This document shows positions 49,838-59,267 of a DNA stretch of 64,000 nt, one piece after another. The notes beneath the pieces are model-generated. The model was not told the DNA's origin. It searched no databases and saw only the letters and a list, made by a program, of their open reading frames with translations. Made by a program: the position numbers and the translations under genes. The stretch's first letter is position 1. Each line of letters opens with the position of its first letter. The stretch lies in NCBI GenBank assembly GCA_965248195.1, contig CBDFIQ010000002.1, positions 1,056,001 through 1,120,000 on the forward strand, read 5' to 3'. This DNA comes from Longimicrobiales bacterium. Its GTDB lineage: Bacteria; Gemmatimonadota; Gemmatimonadetes; Longimicrobiales; Gaopeijiaceae.

Positions 49838-51226
49838 GTGTCTCGCATCCTTCTGGTCGACGACGACGCAGACCTCCGATTCGTTTTTCGAGAGAAGCTC
49901 GAATATTCGGGTCATGAAGTAGACGAAGCAGACAGCGCGGAGGTCGCGTTGGCCAAGGTCAGCTCGTTCGATCCGGCTCTGGTCGTCACCGATGTACGTA
50001 TGGATGGCATGACCGGGCTGGAGCTCCTGAGCCGGATCCGGGAGTCCATGGAGCACGTCGACGTGATTGTAATGACGGGACACGACACCATGACCTCCGC
50101 CGTGGAGGCCATGAAGTCCGGGGCGTTCGACTACCTCGTCAAACCGGTGGGGCTCAAGGAACTCGTGGCCGTTGTGGATCGTTGTCTGAGCGACCAGGAG
50201 ATCAACCGAGCCGCGGCCGAGCAGCCGGAGGCCGACGGCGGAGATGCCGACCGCGACGAGTCGGAGGGCGCCGAATCCGACGCGCGAGCCCGGAAAGTGA
50301 TTGGCCGAGATCCAAGGATGATCGAGATCTATAAGATGATTGGGGTTCTTTCGCGGAATCGTGCAACCGTCTTGGTGAGAGGAGACACAGGGACAGGGAA
50401 GGAGATGGTCGCACGGGCCGTGCACGACCACTCGATCCATTCGGACGAGCCGTTTATCGCGGTCAACTGTACCGCGCTTACCGATACGCTGTTGGAATCG
50501 GAGCTTTTCGGGCATGTGCGAGGGGCGTTCACCGGAGCGGTGGGCGGGAAAAAGGGGTACTTCGAGCTCGCGGGGCGGGGCACCATCTTCCTCGACGAGA
50601 TCGGGGACACCTCCCCCGACTTTCAGTCCAAGCTTCTTCGAGTGCTTCAGGAGCGGCAATACTATCCGGTCGGGGGCGAACAGCCCAAGACCACCGAGGC
50701 GCGCGTTGTGGCCGCGACGCATCAACCCATGGAAGAGTTGGTGTCCGAGGGTGGCTTCCGGGAGGATCTCTACTTTCGTCTACAGGTCGTCGAGATCCAC
50801 GTCCCCAGCCTGCGTGAAAGAAGGGAGGACATCCCCCTGCTCGCCCAGCATCTTCTTGGGCGTATCCGGCGCGAGACGGGCGCCACAGTGCGGGGGATCT
50901 CCGAGGACGCGATGGCTCGTATTCAGGAGTACGATTGGCCCGGCAACGTGCGTGAACTCGAGAACGCGTTGACCCGTGCAGCCATCGTGGCGCGGGGACC
51001 GTTGGTAGGTCCCGACCATCTTACACTCGGAACCCATGCCGATGTGAGTCCGTCCCGCGAAGCGTCGGGTGGGGTGCCTGAGGGTGATCTGACGCTGGAC
51101 GGAGCGATCGAGTGTCAGATCCGGCGTGTTCTGGAGCAGACGGAAGGAAACAAGACGGAAGCCGCCTCGCTTCTCGCGATCTCTCGCTCCCGGCTCACCC
51201 GGTACGTGGAGCGACTCGGCCTGTGA
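49838..51226 (+). CDS. Sigma-54-dependent response regulator (NtrC/AtoC family)
   Basis: REC domain, GDTGTGKE, ESELFGH, GAFTGA, WPGNVREL, Fis-type HTH. Confidence 0.95.
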   Translation: MSRILLVDDDADLRFVFREKLEYSGHEVDEADSAEVALAKVSSFDPALVVTDVRMDGMTGLELLSRIRESMEHVDVIVMTGHDTMTSAVEAMKSGAFDYLVKPVGLKELVAVVDRCLSDQEINRAAAEQPEADGGDADRDESEGAESDARARKVIGRDPRMIEIYKMIGVLSRNRATVLVRGDTGTGKEMVARAVHDHSIHSDEPFIAVNCTALTDTLLESELFGHVRGAFTGAVGGKKGYFELAGRGTIFLDEIGDTSPDFQSKLLRVLQERQYYPVGGEQPKTTEARVVAATHQPMEELVSEGGFREDLYFRLQVVEIHVPSLRERREDIPLLAQHLLGRIRRETGATVRGISEDAMARIQEYDWPGNVRELENALTRAAIVARGPLVGPDHLTLGTHADVSPSREASGGVPEGDLTLDGAIECQIRRVLEQTEGNKTEAASLLAISRSRLTRYVERLGL

Positions 51227-51280
51227 AGGCTGAGCTCGGTCGGTTGACCCGGGTGGGTCCTTGGAAATAGGATCCGGGCT

Positions 51281-51487
51281 ATGAATAAGAAAGACGAACT
51301 CGGCGGTGCAGGGGCGGCACGCAAGGCATCCCTACAGTTCTCCAGGATAAATCTTGCCTTCGCTGCCGGAGCCCTCGTCACGATCACGCTCGGCTATTGG
51401 CTCCTCTCCATAGGCTCGATAACGTGGGCCCCGATCCTACTCGTCGTGGGTTACGTGTTCCTGGTGCCACTGGCCATCATCCTGTAG
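51281..51487 (+). CDS. Small two-TM membrane protein (DUF3098-like)
   Basis: N..LGYWLL..SITWAPILLVVGY pattern. Confidence 0.65.
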   Translation: MNKKDELGGAGAARKASLQFSRINLAFAAGALVTITLGYWLLSIGSITWAPILLVVGYVFLVPLAIIL

Positions 51488-51514
51488 GGCCTTGGGTTTG
51501 GGGTTGTTGGACGT

Positions 51515-52870
51515 TTAGACGGGCTTGGTGACGACCCGCGTTTGCGCAAACTGGCGGTGGCCGTCCCGAGATTTGTGGAATCCGAACCCACTCTGGCGTG
51601 CGCCCACCCAAGGCGTGCCCGGCGTGCCCCCCGCGGCTTTGTTGATTCCGATCATCCCTGCCGTGAGTTGACGCGCGACCCGAGCTGTCCGTTCGTCATC
51701 CTCCCCGAAGACCACCGCGCCGAGTCCGAAGGGGGTGGCATTGGCCTTCCAGATGGCCTCGTCTTCCGACTCGACCCGTGTCACGCAAGCCACGGGCCCG
51801 AAGGTCTCCTCGGTCGCGATGGACATCTCCTCGGTGACGCCCGTGAGGACAGTCGGAGTGATGAAGTTGTCGTGATGTCCCGATCCGCCCGCCAGGACCT
51901 CGGCGCCCTCCGAGACCGCCGCCTCTAGCTGGACCAAGACGTGACTTCGCTGATGAGCGTTGACCATGGGGCCGACCTTGACGCCTTCGTCCAGGCCGTC
52001 CCCTTGCTTCATCGACACCGTGGCCTTTACCAGGAGGGCCTCGAAGCGGTCGGCGATCACTTCCGGGACGAAGATCCGCTCGGTACTCACGCAGACCTGG
52101 CCAGCGTTACGAAAGCTGTTGAATGCGGCGAACTGTGCCGCCTTCTCGAGGTCGGCGCTCTCCAGCACGATCAGCGGATCCTTGCCGCCGAGCTCCAATA
52201 TGACGCGCTTGAGCTCCCCACTGGCGGCACGGAGGATGTGCTTTCCCGTCTCACGCGAGCCCGTGAATGCGATGAGGTCCACCTCGCTATCGACGAGCCG
52301 TTTGCCCTGATCGTCGGCTCCCTGCACCACGATGAGTACGTCGGAAGGCAGCTTTTCGTTGAGGACGTCGGCATACGCCTGCCCGGAAAGCGGCGTTTCT
52401 TCCGAGGGCTTGAGGACAACCGTATTCCCCGCCGCAAGCGCCGGCACCACCAACCAGGCCGGCATGGACATTGGGAAGTTCCACGGCGTGATCGCCGCGC
52501 ACACCCCCAGTGGATCGTGATAGACGGTCGAACGATTACGTCCGTCGTCAAAAGTTTCGGGAGCGAGCGCCTCCCCGATCTCCTCGAGCTCGCGCTGCAC
52601 GTGCGCCAACGACTTCGCCTCTACGATCCCCTCCGCGAGGGGTTTGCCCATCTCCTGCGTAATGAGACGCCCGAGCTCGTCGGCCCGGGTGAGAAACGAC
52701 TCGGCAGCTTCCGTCAACAAGCAGGCGCGCCCGTCGTGGCCCAGCGCCTCCCAAGCCGGTTGTGCCGCCCGCGAGCGTTCGACGATGGCGGGAATGTTAT
52801 CGGTTGGCGTGACAAGAACCTCTCCTAAGAGATCGCCGGTCGCGGGGTTATAGGACTTGAGTGGCTTCAT
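51515..52870 (-). CDS. Aldehyde dehydrogenase family protein
   Basis: ITPWNFP, KPSEETP, FTGS, LELGGK, NAGQVC, EETFGPV. Confidence 0.95.
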   Translation of the reverse strand: MKPLKSYNPATGDLLGEVLVTPTDNIPAIVERSRAAQPAWEALGHDGRACLLTEAAESFLTRADELGRLITQEMGKPLAEGIVEAKSLAHVQRELEEIGEALAPETFDDGRNRSTVYHDPLGVCAAITPWNFPMSMPAWLVVPALAAGNTVVLKPSEETPLSGQAYADVLNEKLPSDVLIVVQGADDQGKRLVDSEVDLIAFTGSRETGKHILRAASGELKRVILELGGKDPLIVLESADLEKAAQFAAFNSFRNAGQVCVSTERIFVPEVIADRFEALLVKATVSMKQGDGLDEGVKVGPMVNAHQRSHVLVQLEAAVSEGAEVLAGGSGHHDNFITPTVLTGVTEEMSIATEETFGPVACVTRVESEDEAIWKANATPFGLGAVVFGEDDERTARVARQLTAGMIGINKAAGGTPGTPWVGARQSGFGFHKSRDGHRQFAQTRVVTKPV

Positions 52871-53009
52871 GGGGCTCAGTGGCTTGAAAGGATCTCCGAG
52901 TGTGGCATCGCGAGAGTGCTCACCCCAAGGTAGGACAAATTCCGCGGGAGTCGATCCGGTGTCGGGCGAAGATGCAGATGAGAACGAAGGGGATCCAATC
53001 CAAAGGCAC

Positions 53010-53672
53010 CTATCGCTTCCGGGCCAGCGTCAACCCATCCCCCACGGGCAGTAAGCTCTGCGTCACGCGCTCGTCTCCAGCTAGCTTCGTGTTGATGGCA
53101 CGAATGGCTCCGGTGTCCACGTCCGTAGCCGCAGAATCCACCACCTTCCCTTCCCACAGCGTGTTGTCGAGCACGATGAGGCCACCTGTGCGCATGAGCT
53201 CCAGAGCCCGTTCGTAGTAGGCGTCGTAACCCTCTTTGTCGGCATCGATGAAGGCAAAGTCGAAGGTCTCGGCGCACCCCTCCGCCAAGAGAGCGTCGAG
53301 CGTCTCCAAGGCGGGAGCCAATCGCAGGTCGATCTTGTGGGCTACCCCGGCCTCTTTCCAATACCGTCGTCCGATGGCTGTCCACTGCTCGCTGACGTCG
53401 CACGCCACCAGACGGCCGTTCTCCGGCAGAGCCAGGGCCACCGCGAGGGCGCTGTAACCCGTGAACGTGCCCACTTCCAAAGCGTTCCGAGCCCCGATGA
53501 GTTCCACCAGAAGGGCCATGAATTGCCCCTGCTCAGGGCTGATTTGCATGTTGGCCTTCTCCAAGGAAGCCGTCTCTTCTCTGAGTTGCCTCATGACGGG
53601 CGGCTCGCGGAGGGACACGTCCAGAAGATAGGCGTACAGCTCCGGGGGAAGGTGGTTGGTGCGTCGGGTCAC
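53010..53672 (-). CDS. SAM-dependent O-methyltransferase (caffeoyl-CoA OMT-like)
   Basis: [37 protein letters not shown] start at 53672 assumed. Confidence 0.92.
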   Translation of the reverse strand: MTRRTNHLPPELYAYLLDVSLREPPVMRQLREETASLEKANMQISPEQGQFMALLVELIGARNALEVGTFTGYSALAVALALPENGRLVACDVSEQWTAIGRRYWKEAGVAHKIDLRLAPALETLDALLAEGCAETFDFAFIDADKEGYDAYYERALELMRTGGLIVLDNTLWEGKVVDSAATDVDTGAIRAINTKLAGDERVTQSLLPVGDGLTLARKR

Positions 53673-53682
53673 GGTTCGGTAC

Positions 53683-53780
53683 TCATGGCATTTCCATCTC
53701 GAGGGCACGCCACATATACCAGGTAGCGGCGATCCGCCACGGGCGGTAGGGCTCGCCTAGCGGCATCAGAATACGCTCGC
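53683..53780 (-). pseudogene. 3' remnant of a DNA-3-methyladenine glycosylase (AlkA-like)
   Basis: Minus strand encodes [21 protein letters not shown], resembling the AlkA/MagII C-terminal signature; no upstream homologous sequence. Confidence 0.6.
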
Positions 53781-53804
53781 CGTCGGCGAATACAAGCGTC
53801 CTGG

Positions 53805-54300
53805 CTCTGCTTGCGCCTACCGGCCCGCTCTCGGATGTTGATCTTGGTCTGATCCCGGAGGGCACATGGACCTGCAAACCTGGGGAATCCTTCTCTTTTT
53901 CTTTGGACCCCTTTACATCATCTGGATCTCGGCGCAGTTCAAGGGGGAATCCCCTGGAAATGCTCTTGGAATCGTCATTCTCGTATTGGTGGCGAACGTC
54001 GCGGTCCCCATCGCCCTTGCGGCCCTTGTGCATTGGTTTTTGGGGTTGGCAGTTTTTCTACTAGGACTGCTCTTCATCGGGTTCATGCGAGACCGTGACG
54101 CTCGGACCCAGGGACCGCTGTCGCCCCCGAAGTAGCCCAAGCACCCGTGTTGCTCTAGACTCGAAGATCAGCACCCCATAACCGCCCTCTAAGCCACGAC
54201 GACCCTCCACCCTATCAGCGAGATACCGAATAAATACCGCATACGCCTAGAACGTAATTCTGGGCTTGTGACGGGCCTCTGCTTGCGCCTACCGGCCCGC
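53805..54300 (+). repeat. 24-bp perfect direct repeat CTCTGCTTGCGCCTACCGGCCCGC
   Basis: Copies at 53805-53828 and 54277-54300. Confidence 0.9.
53866..54135 (+). CDS. Small hypothetical membrane protein (about 3 TM)
   Basis: Highly hydrophobic 89-aa ORF with GGAGG RBS. Confidence 0.7.
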   Translation: MDLQTWGILLFFFGPLYIIWISAQFKGESPGNALGIVILVLVANVAVPIALAALVHWFLGLAVFLLGLLFIGFMRDRDARTQGPLSPPK

Positions 54301-54477
54301 CGGCGTGACAGTTGACTGCAACCTATGGAACCGGCGGACCCAAAGGCCCTTCTAGGCAGGATGGAACGCTAGAATCGTCCCTGATTGGGCGTCGGCAACT
54401 TGAGCCGCTCGAAGAGCCTCCATACTCCGCCCTATTAGATCGTTAGCCGTGAGTGAGCCCCCCGCTCCATCGAGAGC

Positions 54478-55854
54478 GGTAGTGTCCCTAGATTTGTGTA
54501 AAAGCGGATAAGCTGGACAGGAGGGAAAGAAAAACGGAAGCTCCTCTGTTGTTGTTCACTGTCACATGAACCCGGGAGTCCGGGTCTGCAGAGCAGGCTC
54601 GGAACCGGAGAGGAGCTTCCGATGCAAGAGATTGTGGAGATCGGTCGGGCCACGCAAGACGAGCTACGCGATGATTTGCGCGAGCTGTTTCAAGGCGCGA
54701 TCCGGCTGACGCTCGAGATGGTGCTGGAAGAGGAGCTGAAGGCCATGGTAGGTGCACGCCGCTTCGAGCGGGTGGGAAGCCGGAAGGACCATAGGAACGG
54801 CACATACCTGAGGCGGCTGCTGACGAGCCTGGGGCAGATCGAGGTCGCCATGCCCCGGAGCCGGGACAACGGTTCGCCGGCCGACGTGATCGGCCGCTAC
54901 CAGCGCAGGAGCCCCGAGCTCGACGAGATGATGGTCGAGGCGTATGTGAGCGGCGTGTCACAGCGCAAGATGGGCGACGTCACCGAGGCGCTGATGGGCG
55001 AGCGTGTTGGGCGCTCGACGGTGAGTCGTGTGGCAAAACGGCTCGACGAGGCCGTGGAAGGGCTGCGCCGTGCGCCGATCGAGGGGCCTCACCCCTATCT
55101 GTACCTGGACGCCACGTTCTTGGACGCCCGCTGGGCCCGCAAAGTCGAGAACGTGAGTGCGCTCGTGGCGTATGCAGTGGGCCCTGAGGGTCACCGACGG
55201 CTCCTGGCCGTCACGCTGGGCGCTGAGGAGTCGCAGCAGAGCTGGTCGGAGCTCCTCGAGCAACTCCAGGACCGCGGCCTCGGCGGTGTCGAGCTCGTGA
55301 TCGCCGATGAGCACGCAGGCCTGGCAGCTGCGGTCCGCCGCTTCCTGCCCGAGGCACGCCGTCAGAGGTGTACGGTCCATCTGCAGCGTAATGTGGGGGC
55401 GAGGGTCCCCCACCGCCTACGCAAGCGCGTGGCGCGTGAGGTCTCGGTGATCTTCCAGACATCCGGACTCGCCGAGGCGAAGAAGCTCCTGGGCGAGTTC
55501 GGCGCACGCTGGAAGAAGGAGCTGCCCGAGGCCGTGGAGGTCCTGGAGCGGGGCTTCGGGGCAGCGACGCAGTTCTACGCGTTCCCCGAGGCGCACTGGC
55601 CCCGGCTGCGTACCACCAACAGCCTCGAGCGGCTGCACGGCGAGATCAAACGCAGGATCAAGGCCGCCGGCGCCTTCCCGGACCGGGCCAGCGCCCTCAG
55701 GCTCATCACGGCCGTCGCACTCAGGACCACACACGTCTGGGGCGACCGGCGTTACCTCGACCTCTCACTCCTCCAGAAACAGGAGGTCGCCCAAGCAGCC
55801 TAGCCGAAGGCGAGGAGCTTCCTCCGCTTTTACACACAAATCGGGACTTGACCC
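54478..55854 (+). mobile_element. IS256-family insertion sequence
   Basis: Imperfect terminal IRs (GGT...GTCCC...TGTGTAAAAGCGGA); 8-bp target duplication TCGAGAGC at 54470-54477 and 55855-55862. Confidence 0.92.
54622..55803 (+). CDS. IS256 (Mutator) family transposase
   Basis: RNGTYLR, YLDAT, IADEH, QRCTVH, TTNSLER DDE motifs. Confidence 0.96.
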   Translation: MQEIVEIGRATQDELRDDLRELFQGAIRLTLEMVLEEELKAMVGARRFERVGSRKDHRNGTYLRRLLTSLGQIEVAMPRSRDNGSPADVIGRYQRRSPELDEMMVEAYVSGVSQRKMGDVTEALMGERVGRSTVSRVAKRLDEAVEGLRRAPIEGPHPYLYLDATFLDARWARKVENVSALVAYAVGPEGHRRLLAVTLGAEESQQSWSELLEQLQDRGLGGVELVIADEHAGLAAAVRRFLPEARRQRCTVHLQRNVGARVPHRLRKRVAREVSVIFQTSGLAEAKKLLGEFGARWKKELPEAVEVLERGFGAATQFYAFPEAHWPRLRTTNSLERLHGEIKRRIKAAGAFPDRASALRLITAVALRTTHVWGDRRYLDLSLLQKQEVAQAA

Positions 55855-56854
55855 TCGAGAGCGGCATAATACCCTGCCGAGAACCGCAGCTCGGACCGCC
55901 GGCGCTCCTTGAGGATGGCTTGGTCGTTGAGGGCCTCGACGAGTCGCGTCGCGAGCGTCGCCGCACCTTCCTCATCCGTTCCAGGGGCTAAGACGAGGAA
56001 GTCGTTCGTGTCCAGGATACCCGTAGAGTCCGAGTCCCGGGTTGCCTCGAAAAGAGCTGTCGCAATGCGGTCGAGAAGCCGGGGAGACCCCGGATCGCTC
56101 AGGGAAATCCGGAGGACCTTATCGGAAGAACCCTCCACAAGCCCTTCAGAGGAAACGACCGTCTGGCCCTCCCTTGGCCCCAGAGCCACACACGCGGTCC
56201 ACCGGCGGTTCCGTTGTGCGTCCGCAACCAACTCCACCGCCCTCGCGAACAACCCGTTCCAGTTATAGAGGCCGGTTGCCGGATCCTTGTGGGTGGACTC
56301 CAAAGCATGCTCGACCTGTCTACGGGCACTGAGGAATGCCTCCAGCTTACCGACAAGCTCGACCGGATCGAACGGTGAAGAAAAGATATCCCAAATACCC
56401 GCTCTAAAGCACTCGTGGCGCTCCTTCCTGTTGAGACTGTCGGTCGTGGTGATGACGAAGGGGGTAGTATCGTCCACCGTCGGCAGTTCTCTCATCGCAC
56501 GGCAAGCGTCCAAACCCATAATGTCGGTCAGTTTGCAGTCCACGATGACGAGGTCGGGCCGGAGCCTGACGGCCAATTCGATCGCTTGCCGACCGGTATA
56601 GGCCTTGACAACCGTAAATCCCGCCAGCTGGAGGACGCTCTCCAACGACCGCGCGGTCCACTCGTGGCTGTTGACGAGAAGTACGATTACGATTTTCTCC
56701 GGGCCAGCGAGATGTGTTCCCTAAGGGTTCGCGTAAGCCCTGGGGGAGGGGGCTCAGCAAGAGGGGGTTTTCAGTTATCCGCCCGTCCCCTAGCGTAATA
56801 GATCAAAAATGGGACGTGGCCTTACGCGAATACAAGGAAATTAATGCAAGAAGC

Positions 56855-56985
56855 GCTCACCCCCCTCGAGTTCCTCGAGCGACTCGCCCAACTCATTCAC
56901 CCGCCACGCATCCACCGTCACCGCTACCACGGGTGCTGGCTCCCAATGCCAAGCTCAGGGATCAGGTCATCGCGCTCGGGCGTGC
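56855..56985 (+). pseudogene. IS91-family (Y2) transposase C-terminal fragment, frameshifted
   Basis: LTPLEFLERLAQLIHPPRIHRHRYHG continues as VLAPNAKLRDQV in another frame (one G missing at about 56931-56933). Confidence 0.75.
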
Positions 56986-57040
56986 GCAGGGTAGTGTGGA
57001 GGGCTCGCCCTCAGGACCGTTCGACGCTCGGTCCGTCGCT

Positions 57041-57131
57041 TACACTCAGGAAGGTCTACCAGCAGTCCGATGCCGAGACTATGCTACAGGTCGTTCTCGA
57101 TGGTGGTGAGCTAGGGGAGCGCAAAGCATGA
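57041..57131 (+). pseudogene. 3' remnant of a tyrosine integrase related to 57407-58642
   Basis: TLRKVYQQSDAETMLQVVLDGGELGERKA* vs TLRLVYQQSDADAMLRVVLERGELREAK*; 20 bp identical (57054-57073 vs reverse complement of 57462-57481). Confidence 0.88.
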
Positions 57132-57144
57132 GGCAGGTCGTTCT

Positions 57145-57164
57145 TGCACAAAACATTGCACACC
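57145..57164 (+). promoter_or_regulatory. Putative integrase arm-type sites TGCACAAAACATTGCACACC
   Basis: Tandem TGCACA motif just after the integrase remnant; mirrored at 57360-57379. Confidence 0.55.
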
Positions 57165-57226
57165 GTTCGATCACGGTGAGGGCTCTTGTGCGAGAAAACG
57201 GCTTCAACAAGCCAAGAAGTACCCCA

Positions 57227-57301
57227 GGGCGGTTAGCTCAGTTGGTTCAGAGCGCCTGGTTTACACCCAGGAGGTCACAGGTTCGAATCCTGTACCGCCC
57301 A
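57227..57301 (+). tRNA. tRNA-Val(TAC); CCA not encoded; probable integration target
   Basis: GGGCGGT/ACCGCCC acceptor stem, CCTGG-TTTACAC-CCAGG anticodon arm, GGTTCGAATCC. Confidence 0.95.
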
Positions 57302-57359
57302 CTTGGAAAGGTAGGAAACAAGCGGCTTTTCAGGTTTTCGCCCTGGGAGGCCGTTTGTT

Positions 57360-57379
57360 GGTGTGCATGTTCGTGTGCA
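57360..57379 (-). promoter_or_regulatory. Putative integrase arm-type sites TGCACACGAACATGCACACC
   Basis: Tandem TGCACAC between the integrase stop and the tRNA 3' end. Confidence 0.55.
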
Positions 57380-57406
57380 CGTTGTGGTCGTTTGGAAGCC
57401 ATGTTC

Positions 57407-58642
57407 TTACTTCGCTTCCCTGAGTTCGCCGCGCTCGAGCACGACCCGGAGCATGGCATCAGCATCGGACTGCTGGTAGACGAGGCGCAGGGTGTTGGGA
57501 TTCGTCCAGCCGCCGGCACGCGCAACGTCGATGTCCGGTAGATGCTTCCGCTCGGTTGCCCATTTGCGCCTGTATGCGTGCCAGAGGCTTCCGTCGAGTT
57601 TCTCTAGTCCTGCGAGTTTCTCGGCCTCCCGAAGCCATTTGGCTGCGAGATGTCGGCTCACGGGCTTGGTTAGGTTGCGCGGGGCAGGGAAGAGGTACGC
57701 CTTCCCGATGCCGGGTCGCTCATGGAGCACACGGTCGATGGCTGCTCTTACGTCGGGGCCGATAGGGACGGTAGTCTCCCGGCCTGTCTTGTCCGTCTCT
57801 GCTGGCCACCGGATCGCTCCGTGGGGACCATCCGACAGTTGGAGGTCTTCGTACTGAAGCTGAAGGACCGCCGAGAGCCGGCGTCCGGTGCCGCTGACGA
57901 TGTCGAGAATCTCAGAGAGGTATGCGCGAACGATCTTCGACTTGCCCTGCCCGCGGATCTCCATGGTGACGTTGTCGGTTTTCGCCCGAGTCGCTTGATA
58001 ACGGTCCTCGGTAGCAGCGGGCCGTCTCGGGTTTTTCTCAGTCGGCACATCGTAGCCCCGCACTGCGTTCTCACGTAGTAAGTACTGGCCCCGTGGTGTT
58101 CTCCATTTCGAGGCCCAGTTGAAGAGCCAGTTCAGCCACTGCAAGTCCTGACTGATCGCCCGAGTGCGTACGGCCCGGCGGTCTTCGACTGGAACTGGCT
58201 TGGCCCGAGAGTCGATCGCGCCCGACTCCCTCAGGTCGATGAATCGTTCCCATTGGGCGAGCGCGATAGTGTGTGGGTCGGTGTCACCTCCGAGGAAGCG
58301 CTTCCATAGTTCCCCACGACGCTTATCCGCTTCCTGCTCCTTCTCTCCCTTCCGTGGACTACGATGCAGCAGGTAGAGGTCGATCACCTGAGAGAGCTTC
58401 ACAACGCCGGCGGTGATCTCGGCTGTGCCTTTCCGGAGCTTCGCTGCCTGCTCGAGGGCGTAGCTCTTCGCGGCTTCCTTGTCACGATGCTTCAGCGACC
58501 GTCTAACCCAATTGCCCAGCCCCCCACGTTTGGTTGGATCCCACGCCCGAGCACGTAGTATCCCGCCAGGCTCCCGCTCTTCAACCACGACGGTAAATGG
58601 TTTCGAGCCGGCTGAAAAACTCCACTTCTTGCGCTTCGCCAT
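57407..58642 (-). CDS. Tyrosine recombinase/integrase
   Basis: Catalytic R (TGRR), K (TDK), HxxR (HAYR), W (GGW), Y (VYQQ); transcribed toward tRNA-Val. Confidence 0.93.
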   Translation of the reverse strand: MAKRKKWSFSAGSKPFTVVVEEREPGGILRARAWDPTKRGGLGNWVRRSLKHRDKEAAKSYALEQAAKLRKGTAEITAGVVKLSQVIDLYLLHRSPRKGEKEQEADKRRGELWKRFLGGDTDPHTIALAQWERFIDLRESGAIDSRAKPVPVEDRRAVRTRAISQDLQWLNWLFNWASKWRTPRGQYLLRENAVRGYDVPTEKNPRRPAATEDRYQATRAKTDNVTMEIRGQGKSKIVRAYLSEILDIVSGTGRRLSAVLQLQYEDLQLSDGPHGAIRWPAETDKTGRETTVPIGPDVRAAIDRVLHERPGIGKAYLFPAPRNLTKPVSRHLAAKWLREAEKLAGLEKLDGSLWHAYRRKWATERKHLPDIDVARAGGWTNPNTLRLVYQQSDADAMLRVVLERGELREAK

Positions 58643-58644
58643 GC

Positions 58645-58878
58645 TCACACCTCCTCCTCTTCCAGGGCCGCTTCCATGCGATCGGCTGCGGCAGTGAATG
58701 ACGTGGATTTGGATCGGAGATACACGATGAGTTCTCGGACTGCTGCGTCGGTGACCCGACGTTCGCCACGCACATAGGCGTGCAACATGCGATGGCTTCG
58801 ACCCGTTTCCCGAGCCAATTCAGCCAGGTTCAAGCCGCCGAGAGTCTCCTTGTACCACTTCGCCAATTCCGTACTCAT
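58645..58878 (-). CDS. Small HTH DNA-binding protein
   Basis: LNLAELARETGRSHRMLHAYVRGERR XRE-like HTH; ATG 58878. Confidence 0.7.
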   Translation of the reverse strand: MSTELAKWYKETLGGLNLAELARETGRSHRMLHAYVRGERRVTDAAVRELIVYLRSKSTSFTAAADRMEAALEEEEV

Positions 58879-58919
58879 GCTCAAGATATATTGCTCAAGC
58901 ACAGGAGGGACAAGGGGCG

Positions 58920-59267
58920 TCATTCGCCGGCAAGTTTGGAAGTGAGGATCTCGTCGGCAATCTCGGGTGCGAGTTGCGGGCCGAAGCGTCGGGCCTTGCG
59001 TGGTAAGTCGCACCGTCTAATGCGTGGACTTCCACTGGAGCCGACGTTGAGATTCTTCATTTGCTGGAGCCGGCTGTAACTGAAGCCGCTTTCTTCACTG
59101 GCCTGACGGAGCGTCAACTCCTCGGTGTGCCAGTCGTTCAGGACTCGCTCGTGGTCGGCCGCGCATGAGTCGAGCGCCTCGGCTTGAGCCGTCGCGCCTC
59201 GCTTCCTGAGCACCGCCGCATCCGCTCTCCATCCGTCGGCAAGCTCACGGAGTAGGTCGATGTTCAC
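58920..59267 (-). CDS. Putative excisionase-like HTH protein
   Basis: LTLRQASEESGFSYSRLQQ..PRIRRCDL MerR/Xis-like motif; GTG start overlaps the upstream stop. Confidence 0.6.
   Translation of the reverse strand: MNIDLLRELADGWRADAAVLRKRGATAQAEALDSCAADHERVLNDWHTEELTLRQASEESGFSYSRLQQMKNLNVGSSGSPRIRRCDLPRKARRFGPQLAPEIADEILTSKLAGE

Larger units (their letters stand above)
54352..56690 (-). pseudogene. Response regulator (REC) with degenerate GGDEF domain, interrupted by IS256
   Basis: 5' part about 56690-55855 (REC; DPATGLYN; RDSD..DTNDF); in-frame 3' part 54477-54352 ALDGAGGSLTANDLIGRSMEALRAAQ..HPA*. Confidence 0.85.

Noticed and set aside
53741..53754. GGGCGGTAGGGCTC as a distal att copy of the tRNA-Val 5' end
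   Set aside because: Only 7 bp are identical, the DNA is GC-rich, and the match lies within the alkA-like coding remnant; likely chance.
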